DNA of 64,000 bases from an uncultured Alphaproteobacteria bacterium (GCA_951801825.1 CATOOF010000001.1:8936-72935); one strand, 5' to 3'. Shown: positions 10,377-21,368, counted from the first letter of the stretch. The notes: a model not told the origin generated them from the sequence alone. Translations and numbers: made by a program.

Positions 10377-12458
10377 TTATTTTGTCAACTTTTTAATAAC
10401 TTCGTCTGCAACATTGGACGGCACTTCAGCATAGTGCGACAATTCCATGTACGGATTTGCGCGGCCCTGTGACAAAGAACGCAATGTCTTAACGTATCCG
10501 AACAGATTAGCCAGCGGTACGAACGCCGAAATCAGCTGGTTGCCGAACTGGGTTTCAATACCGTTAATCTGACCGCGGCGACTGTTCAGGTCCCCGATGA
10601 TGTCACCGACGTATTCTTCCGGAGTATTTACCGAAAGCTTCATAATCGGTTCCAACAACTTTGGCGAGGCCTTTTTCATCGCTTCGCGGAAACAGGCACG
10701 CGCCGCAATTTCAAAGCACAGAACATTGGAGTCAACTTCGTGATACTTACCGTCAACCAATGTTGCCTTGAAATCTACTGTGGGATAGCCAATCAGAACA
10801 CCTGTCTGCTGGGCTATCTTCAAACCCTTTTCAACGCCGGGGATGTATTCTTTCGGAATAGCACCACCAACAATCTTGTTATCAAACGAATATCCTTCGC
10901 CCGGTTCAACAGGTTCGAATTCAATCTTTACCTGAGCGTACTGACCCGAACCACCCGACTGTTTCTTGTGGGTATATTCTTCGGTAATCGCCTTGCGGAA
11001 GGTTTCACGATATGCAATGCGAGGTTCACCCACCGCAACGTCAACCTTAAATTCACGCAACAAACGGTCAACCAGAATTTCCAGATGCAGTTCGCCAACA
11101 CCCGCCAAAATTGTCTGGCCTGATTCTTCGTCAACGGATACACGGAAAGACGGATCTTCCTTAGCCAGCGCCTGCAGACCCAGGGACATCTTTTCAATGT
11201 CGGCCTTGGTCTTGGGCTCAACAGCGATGCTGATAACCGGTTCCGGAACGTGAATGTTTTCCAGAATAATCGGATTTGATTCGTCGCACAGCGTATCACC
11301 AGTAATGGTTTCTTTCATACCAACCAGCGTTACAATATCGCCCGCTGTTGCTTCTTTGATTTCTTCGCGGTTGTTCGCGTGCATCAGCAACATACGGCCA
11401 ACACGCTCACGCTTGTCGCGGTTGGAGTTATAAATATATGAACCAGATGTCAGCTTGCCCGAGTATACACGGATAAACATCAGGTTTCCAACAAACGGAT
11501 CATTTGCAACCTTAAACGCCAGGGCGCTGAACGGCTCATTTACGCTGGGCTTGCGCTCGGCCACGGTTTCACCGTCCATCTTGGTACCTTTAATAGCCGG
11601 AATATCCAACGGTGACGGCAGATAGTCAACAATAGCATCCAACAGCGGTTGTACACCCTTGTTCTTAAACGCCGAACCACACATTACCGGAACAAAATTC
11701 TGTGCAATTGTACCCTTGCGCAACAGCTTTTTGATTGTGTCATGGTCTGGTTCTGTGCCTTCCATATAGGCTTCCATTACCGCATCATCCAGTGTTACAA
11801 CTTCTTCAATCAAATGATTGTGCAGTTCTTCGGCCTTTGCCTTCAGCTCTTCTGGAATATCAACGATAATCGGGTTGCTGCCGTTTTCATCCTGCCATAC
11901 GATACCATTCATTTCCAGAACGTCAACAACGCCCTTAAAGTCGGATTCCGCACCAATCGGGAAATTCAAAACCAGCGGATTTGCACCCAAACGTTCACGA
12001 ATCATATCAACACAGCGGAAGAAGTTTCCACCGATACGATCCATCTTGTTAATAAAGCAGATACGCGGAACATTATAACGGTCAGCCTGGCGCCATACTG
12101 TTTCAGTCTGGGGCTGAACACCCGATACAGATTCAAATACAGCAACCGCACCGTCCAAAACGCGCAAAGAACGCTCTACTTCCATTGTAAAGTCAACGTG
12201 TCCCGGGGTATCAATCAGGTTGATACGATGATCACGCCAAAAGCATGTTGTCGCGGCAGATGTAATAGTAATACCGCGTTCCTGTTCCTGGGCCATCCAG
12301 TCCATTGTTGCGGCCCCGTCGTGCACTTCGCCGATTTTATAGCTTTTACCAGTATAGAACAAAATACGTTCCGACGTGGTGGTTTTACCAGCGTCAATAT
12401 GGGCCATAATGCCGATATTGCGGTACATATGTAAAGGAGCGGTTTTTCCAACAGACAT
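10377..12458 (-). CDS. fusA: Elongation factor G
   Basis: 693 aa with [17 protein letters not shown] and all EF-G domains. Confidence 0.97.
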   Translation of the reverse strand: MSVGKTAPLHMYRNIGIMAHIDAGKTTTSERILFYTGKSYKIGEVHDGAATMDWMAQEQERGITITSAATTCFWRDHRINLIDTPGHVDFTMEVERSLRVLDGAVAVFESVSGVQPQTETVWRQADRYNVPRICFINKMDRIGGNFFRCVDMIRERLGANPLVLNFPIGAESDFKGVVDVLEMNGIVWQDENGSNPIIVDIPEELKAKAEELHNHLIEEVVTLDDAVMEAYMEGTEPDHDTIKKLLRKGTIAQNFVPVMCGSAFKNKGVQPLLDAIVDYLPSPLDIPAIKGTKMDGETVAERKPSVNEPFSALAFKVANDPFVGNLMFIRVYSGKLTSGSYIYNSNRDKRERVGRMLLMHANNREEIKEATAGDIVTLVGMKETITGDTLCDESNPIILENIHVPEPVISIAVEPKTKADIEKMSLGLQALAKEDPSFRVSVDEESGQTILAGVGELHLEILVDRLLREFKVDVAVGEPRIAYRETFRKAITEEYTHKKQSGGSGQYAQVKIEFEPVEPGEGYSFDNKIVGGAIPKEYIPGVEKGLKIAQQTGVLIGYPTVDFKATLVDGKYHEVDSNVLCFEIAARACFREAMKKASPKLLEPIMKLSVNTPEEYVGDIIGDLNSRRGQINGIETQFGNQLISAFVPLANLFGYVKTLRSLSQGRANPYMELSHYAEVPSNVADEVIKKLTK

Positions 12459-12497
12459 GTGTCTTTCCTTAGTTTAAATTGTCTTTTATTTTTTATA

Positions 12498-12971
12498 TTA
12501 CCAGCGGAAATGTGCAAACGCCTTGTTCGCTTCAGCCATTTTATGTGTGTCAATCTTTTTCTTGAACGCACCACCCTGGCCGTTTAATGCATCACGCAGT
12601 TCACCGAATACACGGTCTTCCATTGTGCGCTCGCCGCGCTTACGCGAAAACATAACCAACCAACGGATAGCCATTGTCTGCTGACGTGCTGGACGAACCT
12701 CAACAGGAACCTGATAAGTTGCACCGCCAACACGACGACCCTTAACCTCAACCGACGGCTTCAGGGCATCAATCGCCTCAAGCAACGCGGCCAGTTCATC
12801 ACCGTCTTTTGCAATCTTTTTCAGTTTATCCATTGCGCCGTAAACGATATTTTCGGCAACTTCTTTTTTGCCGTCCCACATTACATTATTAATTAATTTT
12901 GCAACAACCAGATTGTTATACTTGGAATCTGGCAATATTTCACGTTTAGCTGCGCTTTTACGTCTTGACAT
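12498..12971 (-). CDS. rpsG: 30S ribosomal protein S7
   Basis: [18 protein letters not shown]… S7 signature. Confidence 0.95.
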   Translation of the reverse strand: MSRRKSAAKREILPDSKYNNLVVAKLINNVMWDGKKEVAENIVYGAMDKLKKIAKDGDELAALLEAIDALKPSVEVKGRRVGGATYQVPVEVRPARQQTMAIRWLVMFSRKRGERTMEDRVFGELRDALNGQGGAFKKKIDTHKMAEANKAFAHFRW

Positions 12972-13048
12972 TTTCTTTTCCTTTTATTCTTCACCCGGCC
13001 TTATTGTTTTCCGGATTACTCATGCGGCACCGCCACATGCAATTAGCA

Positions 13049-13420
13049 TTATTTCTTTATCTTTGCACCATATAATGAACGACCCTGCTTACGGCTATCA
13101 ACACCCTTGGTATCCAAGACACCACGAATGATGTGATATTTAACACCGGGCAAGTCCTTTACACGGCCGCCGCGGATCATAACAACGCTATGTTCCTGCA
13201 GGTTGTGGCCTTCGCCCGGGATGTAAGCGGTCACTTCGCGACCGTTCGCCAGTTTAACACGTGCAACTTTACGCTGCGCCGAGTTAGGTTTCTTAGGTGT
13301 AGTCGTATAAACACGCGTGCAAACACCACGCTTCTGCGGGCATTCAACCATGTCAGGCGCCGTAGATTTTACAACAACCTTTTTACGCGGTTTCCGAATC
13401 AGTTGGTTTACTGTTGGCAT
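13049..13420 (-). CDS. rpsL: 30S ribosomal protein S12
   Basis: [14 protein letters not shown]… with …[14 protein letters not shown]…; S12. Confidence 0.96.
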   Translation of the reverse strand: MPTVNQLIRKPRKKVVVKSTAPDMVECPQKRGVCTRVYTTTPKKPNSAQRKVARVKLANGREVTAYIPGEGHNLQEHSVVMIRGGRVKDLPGVKYHIIRGVLDTKGVDSRKQGRSLYGAKIKK

Positions 13421-13568
13421 TCAAAATCTCTTTTTTTCCTTACAACTTTTGTACACACAAAAACCGCCCGCCAGACTTATCCCACCAGGAAAAACCAGGT
13501 GTTATAAATCCGTCAATCGTGCAGATTTCTGTATTTTTTCTTTCCTTGTTTACACGGAAAGCGAACAT

Positions 13569-13597
13569 ACTATAACCGCGCCCCCTAAGATTGTCAA
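13569..13597 (-). promoter_or_regulatory. sigma70-type promoter for the str/S10/spc super-operon
   Basis: On the minus strand: TTGACA (13592-13597), 17-nt spacer, TATAGT (13569-13574), about 150 nt upstream of the rpsL start. Confidence 0.6.
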
Positions 13598-13735
13598 GAA
13601 AAATCTAGGAAAAAATAATAAAGGAATAAATGTCAAACCCGCGAATTCTGGGGGATTTAACACACAGCACAATCATACAAAAAGTTATTTGGTATGTATA
13701 AAAAATTACACTATTTTCTTGTTTGTATAAACAGC

Positions 13736-13768
13736 CCCCGACATGATATCGGGGGCCGCTTTTTCATT
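13736..13768 (-). terminator. rho-independent terminator (bidirectional hairpin) downstream of the OMP gene
   Basis: GCCCCCGA-CATGATA-TCGGGGGC stem-loop flanked by T-runs; 10 nt beyond the stop of the 13779-14552 gene. Confidence 0.55.
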
Positions 13769-13778
13769 ATATATTAAT

Positions 13779-14552
13779 TTAGAAATCAATACCGAATTTA
13801 GCACCAAATGCAAATCCGTCCTGAACTTCCCATTTGCCTTCGGCTTCATGTGACATTTCCTTGCCGACATATGCACCGACAAACTTTGTTTCATCGATGT
13901 TATAGTTCACACCGACTTTACCCGTCCATACACCCGGTTTGTCATCCCAGTTATCAGTATTGGTTGTATATTCAACACCGGCCACCAGGTTCCATTCGCT
14001 GCTAATCAGCACCTGACCATCGAGCCCAAAGCGCAACTGATGCAGACCCTCGTCATCCCAGTTAAAGGATTCTGTGTTGGCATAGTCAAACGCGATATGT
14101 CCTGCAACCGTCCAGCCATTGTCAGACACATAACCCGCACGCGCCCCCAATGTCCAGATATAATCTGTCGTGTCTTCATCCAAGAATGATACATGATCAC
14201 CCCAAACCGGTGTTACCGCATAAGAACCGAACAGGTCGCCCTTCCAGTTACCCATATCAATTGCACGATAATTCAGACCAAAGGATGTCATCCCCCAGTC
14301 AGCCGTATCAAACCAGTCTGTCTGCGATACATTTGTGGCCAAAACCACCGCCAGGCGGTTTGTAACACCATATGCAAATTCTTCGTTCAAACCAACTGTT
14401 TTGGTATCATTTGTATCAGACCCAACCGTTGTAATACTGTAAAACCGACCCTGGTCCGGACGATACAATGGATTGCCATCAATAATATTTGCCGCATGTG
14501 CGCCAGAAACCGCAAACACAGCCATCAACGAAGTTAAAACTAATTTTTTCAT
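13779..14552 (-). CDS. Outer-membrane beta-barrel protein (porin-like), function unknown
   Basis: Signal peptide MKKLVLTSLMAVFAVSGAHA, alternating aromatic/hydrophilic beta-strands, and a C-terminal …FGAKFGIDF ending in Phe. Confidence 0.6.
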   Translation of the reverse strand: MKKLVLTSLMAVFAVSGAHAANIIDGNPLYRPDQGRFYSITTVGSDTNDTKTVGLNEEFAYGVTNRLAVVLATNVSQTDWFDTADWGMTSFGLNYRAIDMGNWKGDLFGSYAVTPVWGDHVSFLDEDTTDYIWTLGARAGYVSDNGWTVAGHIAFDYANTESFNWDDEGLHQLRFGLDGQVLISSEWNLVAGVEYTTNTDNWDDKPGVWTGKVGVNYNIDETKFVGAYVGKEMSHEAEGKWEVQDGFAFGAKFGIDF

Positions 14553-14720
14553 ATTCTATCCTTTCCTTAAGGTTAACAACTAGACATTGTTTTCTAGTTC
14601 TTAAGAATATTTTACTATCGCCCACAAGTCCCCCGCAAGGGAAAAGATTTTTGCAAAAACCCATAAAATATGTTATGCTAAGCCGGCTTTCGAATCGGAA
14701 AAACTTCCTAACTTACATCA

Positions 14721-14749
14721 AAAAATCCCTGGTTTTCAGGGACTTTTTA
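14721..14749 (-). terminator. rho-independent terminator downstream of mltG
   Basis: TCCCTG-GTTTT-CAGGGA hairpin with flanking A6/T5 runs. Confidence 0.55.
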
Positions 14750-14819
14750 CATTCACTAACAAAATTCGTTATAGAACACAATTATTAACAAATTTAACGT
14801 TTTTGACGATTACAACTGT

Positions 14820-15827
14820 TTAATTTCTACTTTTTTTTATCGCGCGCCAGTCGGCATGATGACGCATATGCTGTTCATAAGAATTAGAAAAATGATGCCC
14901 GCCGCGCCCATCTGCGACAAAAAACAGATAATTTGTATCAGCCGGCTTCAACACAGCGCGAATTGCCGCCTGGCCCACATTTGCAATCGGTGCCGGCGGC
15001 AGGCCACGATGCAGATATGTGTTGTACGGACTCTCTATCTTCAAATGTCCGCGCAACAACGGTTCGCCCCGCATATCCCCCACCCCCCCTGTCAAGGCAT
15101 ATACAACGGTCGGATCTGCCTGCAGTCGCATATTTTTATTCAACCGATTGACATAAACACTGGCCACCAGCGGCATTTCTGCCGCACGCGGCGTTTCTTT
15201 TTGTACAATTGATGCCAGCGTAAGAACATCATTCCAGCTGCTGAGCGGCGACGGCGCAATACGCCCCGCCCTGACCCATGCATCATGTATGGCATCCATT
15301 TTCTTGCGCGCCAAATCCAGCACCGCCAGCCGCGCCGTACCGCGTGCAACGCGATACGTGTCGGGAAAAATATCACCATCACGCAGATTGCAAACCGGCA
15401 AATCACTGGGCTTGTCACACTCTACCGCGCCAGACAAACCGCCGGCCTGCAACAGTAATTGCTTTGTCTGAATAATAGTAAGGCCTTCAGGTATTACAAC
15501 CGTGGTCGCCGCAACATCGCCTGTCGCCAACATGCGCGCCACGCGCCATGCGCTAACATGCGGCGGAAATTCATATTCACCGCTCTGCACACGGCCATCC
15601 GCCATGCGCACACACATTTTAAACAACCCAACCGAATCAATAACGCCGGCCGACACCAGCTGACGCGCCACGGCGGCAACACTGGCGCCACGCGGCACAC
15701 TTATTACGACACTTTTACGTAACGGGGAATAAAATCCGACCGTATACACCCCGGCAATCAACGCCGCCAGTAATGCCAGGCCGAAAAAAATCATAAACTT
15801 TTGTTGTTTAAAACTTCTGGGCTTCAT
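14820..15827 (-). CDS. mltG: Endolytic murein transglycosylase MltG (YceG family)
   Basis: N-terminal TM helix followed by a YceG-like domain (…VIPEGLTIIQ…, …YNTYLHRGLPPAPIANVG…). Confidence 0.8.
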   Translation of the reverse strand: MKPRSFKQQKFMIFFGLALLAALIAGVYTVGFYSPLRKSVVISVPRGASVAAVARQLVSAGVIDSVGLFKMCVRMADGRVQSGEYEFPPHVSAWRVARMLATGDVAATTVVIPEGLTIIQTKQLLLQAGGLSGAVECDKPSDLPVCNLRDGDIFPDTYRVARGTARLAVLDLARKKMDAIHDAWVRAGRIAPSPLSSWNDVLTLASIVQKETPRAAEMPLVASVYVNRLNKNMRLQADPTVVYALTGGVGDMRGEPLLRGHLKIESPYNTYLHRGLPPAPIANVGQAAIRAVLKPADTNYLFFVADGRGGHHFSNSYEQHMRHHADWRAIKKSRN

Positions 15828-15905
15828 AACCTGAATATTATTGCAGATAAAAAATATTTTGCAAACGCTAATAAGAAACCGCCCACAAAGGGGTGGTTAA
15901 ATTTT

Positions 15906-15983
15906 TGGTCGGAGTGACAGGATTCGAACCTACGACCTCTGCGACCCGAACGCAGCGCTCTACCAGACTGAGCTACACTCCGA
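15906..15983 (-). tRNA. tRNA-Pro (anticodon CGG)
   Basis: Reverse complement TCGGAGTGTAGCTCAGTCTGGTAGAGCGCTGCGTTCGGGTCGCAGAGGTCGTAGGTTCGAATCCTGTCACTCCGACCA folds as a cloverleaf: 7-bp acceptor stem, GTTCGAATC T-loop, encoded CCA, anticodon loop TTCGGGT. Confidence 0.85.
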
Positions 15984-16100
15984 TATGGCGGGATTATGCA
16001 CCTGTTTTTTATAAAATGCAACTATTTTTATTTATAATTTTCACTTGTAATTATCTTTTTATGCACCATATTTTAACCTGTATATAAATAAGGAATAAAT

Positions 16101-17780
16101 ATGTTCGCTTTAAAATTCTTGTCAAAATCCAAATTTGACAGCTATCAGGACTATAAACAAAACGCAGCCCCAACCGTTCCGGACAACTTTAATTTCGCAT
16201 ATGACGTGATCGATGCCCTGGCCATCGAAAGCCCGGACAAGGTCGCTCTGATTTGGAATGATGACGCGGGCGATAAAAAAATATTTACGTTCCGCGACCT
16301 AGCGCGTGCATCAAACGCGGCGGCAAATTTTCTAAGCGGACGCGGAATAAAAAAAGGCGACACTGTATTACTGTTTATGCGCCGGCGCTGGGAATACTGG
16401 GTTCTGATGATGGCGATGCATAAGCTGGGGGCGATTCCCATTCCGTCCACAAATCAGCTAAAGGCGGAGGATATTAAATACCGCATCCAAACCGCCGATG
16501 TAAAAAACATTATCGCATTTGATGACGGGTACATTGTCAATGAAATAAAAGCCGCAATTGGCGACGCCCCAATTCAGCTAATTTCTTGCGCAGATGTTGC
16601 CGACGGCATACAGCAGTCCCCTACAACATTCACACGCATCCCGAATGAAACCGGCGACACGATGGTTCTATATTTTACCAGCGGAACAACAGATTTGCCA
16701 AAAATGGTTGCACATAATTTTGCATACCCGCTGGGACATATAAATACCGCAATGTTCTGGCAGCGCCTGGGCGATGGCGATATTCATTTCACTTTGTCCG
16801 AATCGGGATGGGCAAAATGCTCATGGGGAAAAATGTACGGCCAGTGGCTGGCCGGGGCCGCAGTATTTGTTTTTGATTTTGCAGGCCGCTTTACCGCGCA
16901 CGATTTGTTAAAAGCCATATCCGAAAATCACGTAACGTCATTCTGCGCACCACCGACGGTTTACAAAATGTTACTGCATGCAGATTTAAGTAAATACGAC
17001 CTGTCTGCCCTGACCAAGGCCGACATTGCCGGCGAGGCATTAAATCCAGAGGTTTATGAAAGATTCCTGCGCGCCACAGGTATAAAAATGCGTGAAGGAT
17101 TCGGCCAAACAGAAACATGCGTTATGCTGTTCAACAACGAATGGATAGAACCCAAGCCCGGCAGTATGGGAATGCCTGCGGCCGGCTGGGACATAGAATT
17201 ACTAGACGAACGCGGCCGTCCGGTTCCCAACGGTACCGTCGGCGAAATTTGCGTAAACCTGAAAGACAGTCGTCCGGTTGGTCTGTTCCTGGGATATCAC
17301 AAAAACGAAAAACAAACCGCAGCGGTTTACCGCGACGGCTATTACCACACAGGCGACGTTGCATTCCGCGACAACGACGGATATTTTTGGTTTGTTGGGC
17401 GCAACGACGATTTGATAAAGAGCAGCGGATATCGCATCAGTCCGTTTGAAGTGGAAAGCGTTCTGTTAGAGCATCCCGCCGTACGCGAAGTGGCGGTTAC
17501 CGGAATTCCGGACCCGTCACGCGGCCAGGCGGTAAAGGCAACAGTTGTATTGAACAAGTATTTCCAGCCCGGCGATGTACTGGTACGCCAATTACAGGAC
17601 CACGTACGCACCCGCACCGCCGCATACAAGCACCCACGCGTGATTGAGTTCGTAGACAGCCTGCCTATGACAATCAGCGGCAAAATTCGCCGTGCGCTGA
17701 TACGAACACTTGACAGTGCAAAAACAACCATCATAGAGCCTGTAAAAGACACACTTGGGATAAACAAGGATGAAAAATAA
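16101..17780 (+). CDS. AMP-forming acyl-CoA synthetase/ligase (medium-chain type)
   Basis: 559 aa with YFTSGTTDLPK (AMP-binding box), …YHTGD…, …GYRISPFEVE… and C-terminal …ISGKIRR. Confidence 0.85.
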   Translation: MFALKFLSKSKFDSYQDYKQNAAPTVPDNFNFAYDVIDALAIESPDKVALIWNDDAGDKKIFTFRDLARASNAAANFLSGRGIKKGDTVLLFMRRRWEYWVLMMAMHKLGAIPIPSTNQLKAEDIKYRIQTADVKNIIAFDDGYIVNEIKAAIGDAPIQLISCADVADGIQQSPTTFTRIPNETGDTMVLYFTSGTTDLPKMVAHNFAYPLGHINTAMFWQRLGDGDIHFTLSESGWAKCSWGKMYGQWLAGAAVFVFDFAGRFTAHDLLKAISENHVTSFCAPPTVYKMLLHADLSKYDLSALTKADIAGEALNPEVYERFLRATGIKMREGFGQTETCVMLFNNEWIEPKPGSMGMPAAGWDIELLDERGRPVPNGTVGEICVNLKDSRPVGLFLGYHKNEKQTAAVYRDGYYHTGDVAFRDNDGYFWFVGRNDDLIKSSGYRISPFEVESVLLEHPAVREVAVTGIPDPSRGQAVKATVVLNKYFQPGDVLVRQLQDHVRTRTAAYKHPRVIEFVDSLPMTISGKIRRALIRTLDSAKTTIIEPVKDTLGINKDEK

Positions 17781-17784
17781 AAAT

Positions 17785-17810
17785 CCGGGGCGAAAACGTC
17801 CCGTTTTTTT
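17785..17810 (+). terminator. rho-independent terminator
   Basis: CGGGGCG-AAAA-CGTCCCG hairpin (one G·U pair) followed by T7. Confidence 0.5.
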
Positions 17811-18104
17811 ATTATTGTTTTAAACCCCCATATTTTTTATAATTGCCTTGAATCTACAGGGATGTGGGTTCTGGGACTTAAGAAATCCCATACAACATCG
17901 GTGTATAGATACATCGTAATCCGCATATATGCGGCGCATTTTTCTGCGTCCGCTATTGTAAAACCCCGCATAGCGTCGGGGAGCCGTCAGCCATACCACA
18001 GGTTTATCCAAAAGCTGGCGGGGTCATTATGTTGTATGATTTTCTTAACTCCCCGACCACCAAATCCTTGGTGGTTTTTTGTTTACCAAACAAGGAGTTA
18101 GAAA

Positions 18105-18908
18105 ATGAAAAAATTAACAACAGCGTTCGCTGCATTCATCCTGGCAACCGGGGCATGCCATGGGGCCGTGGACACCAACACATATTACTATGGCGGCATT
18201 TTTTCAGAATGCACATCAAAATACATAAATGTTTACGGCATAGAAAGCCTGAACTATCGTGACAACTACTGGCGCCTGGTAACAAAAAATGGCTGGGGCG
18301 GCAGCAACTGCGCATTAAATGTTACCGCAGCATGTCAGGCCACACTTATAAACGTAATGGGCCTGCAAGAATTTAACGACAACAGTATAATAGGCGTATT
18401 AAGCAATATAATATGCTCTTGCCAGTCCGACAGCGATTGCGTAAGTGGATTTGAGTGTCAAAAAAACATCAAGGCACCATATGGCCAGTGTATCCAAATT
18501 TCAAACTATTGCACAAACAACGACCAATGCGACAATGAAAAAGGCTATATATGCATAAGCGGAAAATGTACGCAAAAATGTTATATCGACACCAAACCAG
18601 AAAACATTTACTGGGAAACGGTAAAGAAAGATTCAACATATAACGTACCAATGATTGAAAAGGAAAGCATTTATACATGCGCATCTTCTGGCTGGACCCA
18701 GACAACCAATTATCGCTGTGCGGCACATTATTACGGCACCCCAACATCAGCCACATCAACCTGTAACAGATGTCCGGCCTATCCGGGGCCGGCAACTTCT
18801 GCGCCTGGCTCTACCCTGCAAACAGACTGCTATATACCCAAGGGTACGCAATACGGCGATCAGACAGGCAGTTTTACAATCGTAAACAATGACTGCCATC
18901 ATGATTAA
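18105..18908 (+). CDS. Secreted cysteine-rich protein, paralog family member A
   Basis: Signal peptide MKKLTTAFAAFILATGACHGA; more than 25 Cys. C-terminal module …CNRCPAYPG…TDCYIPKGTQYGDQTGSFTIVNNDC is shared with the 18939 and 37093 genes. Confidence 0.6.
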   Translation: MKKLTTAFAAFILATGACHGAVDTNTYYYGGIFSECTSKYINVYGIESLNYRDNYWRLVTKNGWGGSNCALNVTAACQATLINVMGLQEFNDNSIIGVLSNIICSCQSDSDCVSGFECQKNIKAPYGQCIQISNYCTNNDQCDNEKGYICISGKCTQKCYIDTKPENIYWETVKKDSTYNVPMIEKESIYTCASSGWTQTTNYRCAAHYYGTPTSATSTCNRCPAYPGPATSAPGSTLQTDCYIPKGTQYGDQTGSFTIVNNDCHHD

Positions 18909-18916
18909 AAAATGAA

Positions 18917-18942
18917 CCGGGGACGATTGTCCCCGGCTTTAT
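18917..18942. terminator. bidirectional terminator between convergent Cys-rich genes
   Basis: CCGGGGAC-GATT-GTCCCCGG perfect hairpin with flanking A/T runs. Confidence 0.6.
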
Positions 18943-19445
18943 TCCGAATAATAGCATGGCGGCGAAAAGACAAAATCCCCCGACGTGTCTTTCCCAGATA
19001 CAGAATAACACTCTGTTATCTTTTTCGCACCCACGTCGCTGGTTCCTTCTTCATCTAAAGCGCCTACGAAATAAGCATTGCCGGGACATGCCTGACAATT
19101 TTTACCAGACCCGTAAAAACCCGCCTTGCATCTATATTGACAATACGTAACATTACAACGGGTTTCGTACGATGGCAGCCTTACAATACCGTTAGGGGCG
19201 CCCCACTCTGTCAGCCCCTTACATTCGTCATCACATTCCAGGTTTGGTTCAAAACCGCCGCCGCCATCAAAACACAAATCATTGCATCCGGCCGGACATT
19301 TCAAACATGATTCTGCCGTAACAGGCTCATATATGCCGGTTACCTCGTTCTTTTTATAACAGCATTGTACCAGCACCCCACCCAGCGCAACATTTTCCCA
19401 ACATAACGCCGCAACAACCACAACCCCCAGAACTTTCTTGATCAT
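18939..19445 (-). CDS. Secreted cysteine-rich protein, paralog family member B (start at MIKKVL; ORF extends to 19523)
   Basis: Signal peptide MIKKVLGVVVVAALCWENVALG. Module …CKAGFYGSGKNCQACPGNAYF…TECYSVSGKDTSGDFVFSPPC is parallel to member A. Confidence 0.55.
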   Translation of the reverse strand: MIKKVLGVVVVAALCWENVALGGVLVQCCYKKNEVTGIYEPVTAESCLKCPAGCNDLCFDGGGGFEPNLECDDECKGLTEWGAPNGIVRLPSYETRCNVTYCQYRCKAGFYGSGKNCQACPGNAYFVGALDEEGTSDVGAKKITECYSVSGKDTSGDFVFSPPCYYSE

Positions 19446-19585
19446 AAAACCACCGTTTGTTTTCGGCATTTTTTGGGGTTGACATATGGCGAAAATCTTG
19501 GATAAAATTGTATAAAAATACAATATAGGAAAACGGTCCTTTTAAATAGGCACCGTTTTTTTCATTCTAACAGATTGTTTGTGCA

Positions 19586-19615
19586 TAAAAAAAGCCCCTA
19601 AACGGGGCTTTTTTA
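19586..19615. terminator. bidirectional rho-independent terminator (downstream of fabF)
   Basis: AAAAAAAGCCCC-TAAAC-GGGGCTTTTTT. Confidence 0.6.
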
Positions 19616-20869
19616 TTAATCGGTAACTTTCTTCAGAACCAATGATGCATTTGTTCCACCAAAACCAAAACTGTTACTGATTGCAACATCCAGCTTACGC
19701 TTTTTAGCCTTGTTCGGAACCAGGTCAAAACTGCCGACTTCGTCAACCGGATCTTCCAGATTGATTGTCGCCGGTGCAACACCGTCACGAATCGCCAACG
19801 TACAGAATATGGCCTCTACCGCGCCGGCCGCACCCAACAGATGCCCCGTCATTGATTTAGTAGACGACATAGAAACCGGCAGGTCGCCAAACAGTTCTTT
19901 TACGGCGGTTAATTCGCCAATATCGCCCAGCCCTGTCGATGTGCCATGCGCGTTGATATAGTCAACATCCGCCGGCGTCAGGTTTGCATCACGCAACGCG
20001 GCCTTCATCGCACGCAGGCCACCCTCGCCGCCTTCGGCCGGTGCCGTGATATGATACGCATCACCGGACATCCCGTATCCGGCAACCTCTGCATAAATTT
20101 TTGCACCACGCGCCTTTGCATGTTCATACTCTTCCAAAACCAAAATACCGGCGCCTTCGGCCATAATAAAGCCGTCACGGCCCTTGTCCCACGGGCGGGA
20201 TGCTTTTTCCGGTTCATCATTACGCGTAGACAGTGCCTTCATCGCAGAAAATCCTGCAACACCGATTTTACCAACCGCCGCCTCGGACCCGCCGGCCAGC
20301 ATAATATCTGCGTCGCCATGCTGAATCAGACGCGCCGCTTCGCCGATTGAATGCGCCGCAGATGCACACGCCGTCACAACGGACAAGTTTGGTCCCTTCA
20401 GTCCATAGCGAATGGATACATGTCCCGCCGTCATATTAATAATGCATTTCGGGATAAAGAACGGGCTGATTCGACGCGGACCGCCGGTATACAATTCAAC
20501 ACAATTGTCATAAATTGTATTCAATCCGCCAATGCCCATACCAATCGATACACCAATGCGTTCTTTGTCGCCGGCATAATCAATTAACCCGGCATCGCGC
20601 ATCGCCTCGTCTGCGGCAACAACACCGTAAACAATACCCTTGTCCATTTTGCGCTGGTCGCGCGGCTCAACCACGCTGTCGGGGTTGTACTGGCCGGGCT
20701 CTGTTCCCGCCACCGGCAAACCTGCAATCTGGGATGCACAATCAGACGCATCAAACGTGTCGATTTTACGAACGCCGGATTTACCCTCCAAAATATTTTT
20801 CCATGCATGTTCAACCCCGGTACCAACCGGCGATACAATGCCCATGCCTGTTATAACTACTCTTCTCAT
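19616..20869 (-). CDS. fabF: 3-oxoacyl-ACP synthase II
   Basis: 417 aa; MRRVVITGMGIVSPVG…; active-site Cys context …VVTACASAAHSIG…; His/His motifs …NAHGTSTG… and …KSMTGHLLGAAG. Confidence 0.93.
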   Translation of the reverse strand: MRRVVITGMGIVSPVGTGVEHAWKNILEGKSGVRKIDTFDASDCASQIAGLPVAGTEPGQYNPDSVVEPRDQRKMDKGIVYGVVAADEAMRDAGLIDYAGDKERIGVSIGMGIGGLNTIYDNCVELYTGGPRRISPFFIPKCIINMTAGHVSIRYGLKGPNLSVVTACASAAHSIGEAARLIQHGDADIMLAGGSEAAVGKIGVAGFSAMKALSTRNDEPEKASRPWDKGRDGFIMAEGAGILVLEEYEHAKARGAKIYAEVAGYGMSGDAYHITAPAEGGEGGLRAMKAALRDANLTPADVDYINAHGTSTGLGDIGELTAVKELFGDLPVSMSSTKSMTGHLLGAAGAVEAIFCTLAIRDGVAPATINLEDPVDEVGSFDLVPNKAKKRKLDVAISNSFGFGGTNASLVLKKVTD

Positions 20870-21007
20870 TTTCTATATTCCTTTTATACTTATCTGTCTG
20901 TGGCCATATAATAAACCTTTGGCCGCCGAAAATACAGAAAAAAATCCGCCGACAAAAATACATTGCGACGGATTTGTTTATCTCACGATAAAATACCCTA
21001 ACAAAAA

Positions 21008-21241
21008 TTATTTTTTGTGGGATTCGATGTATTTAACCGCATCGCCAACTGTTGCCAGTTTTGCAGCTTCTTCGTCAGGAATTGTGATATCAAATTCTTT
21101 TTCAACTTCCATAACGAATTCAACAACGTCCAAAGAATCAGCACCCAAATCGTTTACGAACGCAGCTGTTTCGGTGACTTTTGCTTCGTCAACGCCCAGC
21201 TTATCAGCTACGATTTTTTTTACTTTTTCAAAAGTTGTCAT
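21008..21241 (-). CDS. acpP: Acyl carrier protein
   Basis: 77 aa with the phosphopantetheine site …[11 protein letters not shown]…. Confidence 0.95.
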   Translation of the reverse strand: MTTFEKVKKIVADKLGVDEAKVTETAAFVNDLGADSLDVVEFVMEVEKEFDITIPDEEAAKLATVGDAVKYIESHKK

Positions 21242-21368
21242 TTTTTTTCCTTTGTTTCAGTTAAATGTGTGGCCCTGCTCTGGGCGTGTCATAATCTAAC
21301 GCTATCATTTTATGACAATGGTGTCAAGAAATTATAACAAACAATAACAAAACTTGACAAAACGGATT

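Noticed and set aside
8969-10396. 475-aa + strand ORF
   Set aside because: Entirely antisense to tuf/rpsJ; low-complexity, Cys/Arg-rich translation typical of the reverse frame of a highly expressed gene; no start context.
11649-12434. 261-aa + strand ORF
   Set aside because: Antisense to fusA.
13779-14552. Possibility that the OMP gene region plus the IR at 14600-14640 represents an IS element
   Set aside because: No transposase ORF and no terminal inverted repeats bracketing a unit. The imperfect palindrome (CTTAAG…CTAG…CTTAAG) is more likely an operator or terminator-like element in the OMP promoter region.
15824-16021. 65-aa minus-strand ORF
   Set aside because: Spans the tRNA-Pro gene; its translation (…RALRSGRRGRRFES…) is simply the tRNA read as protein.
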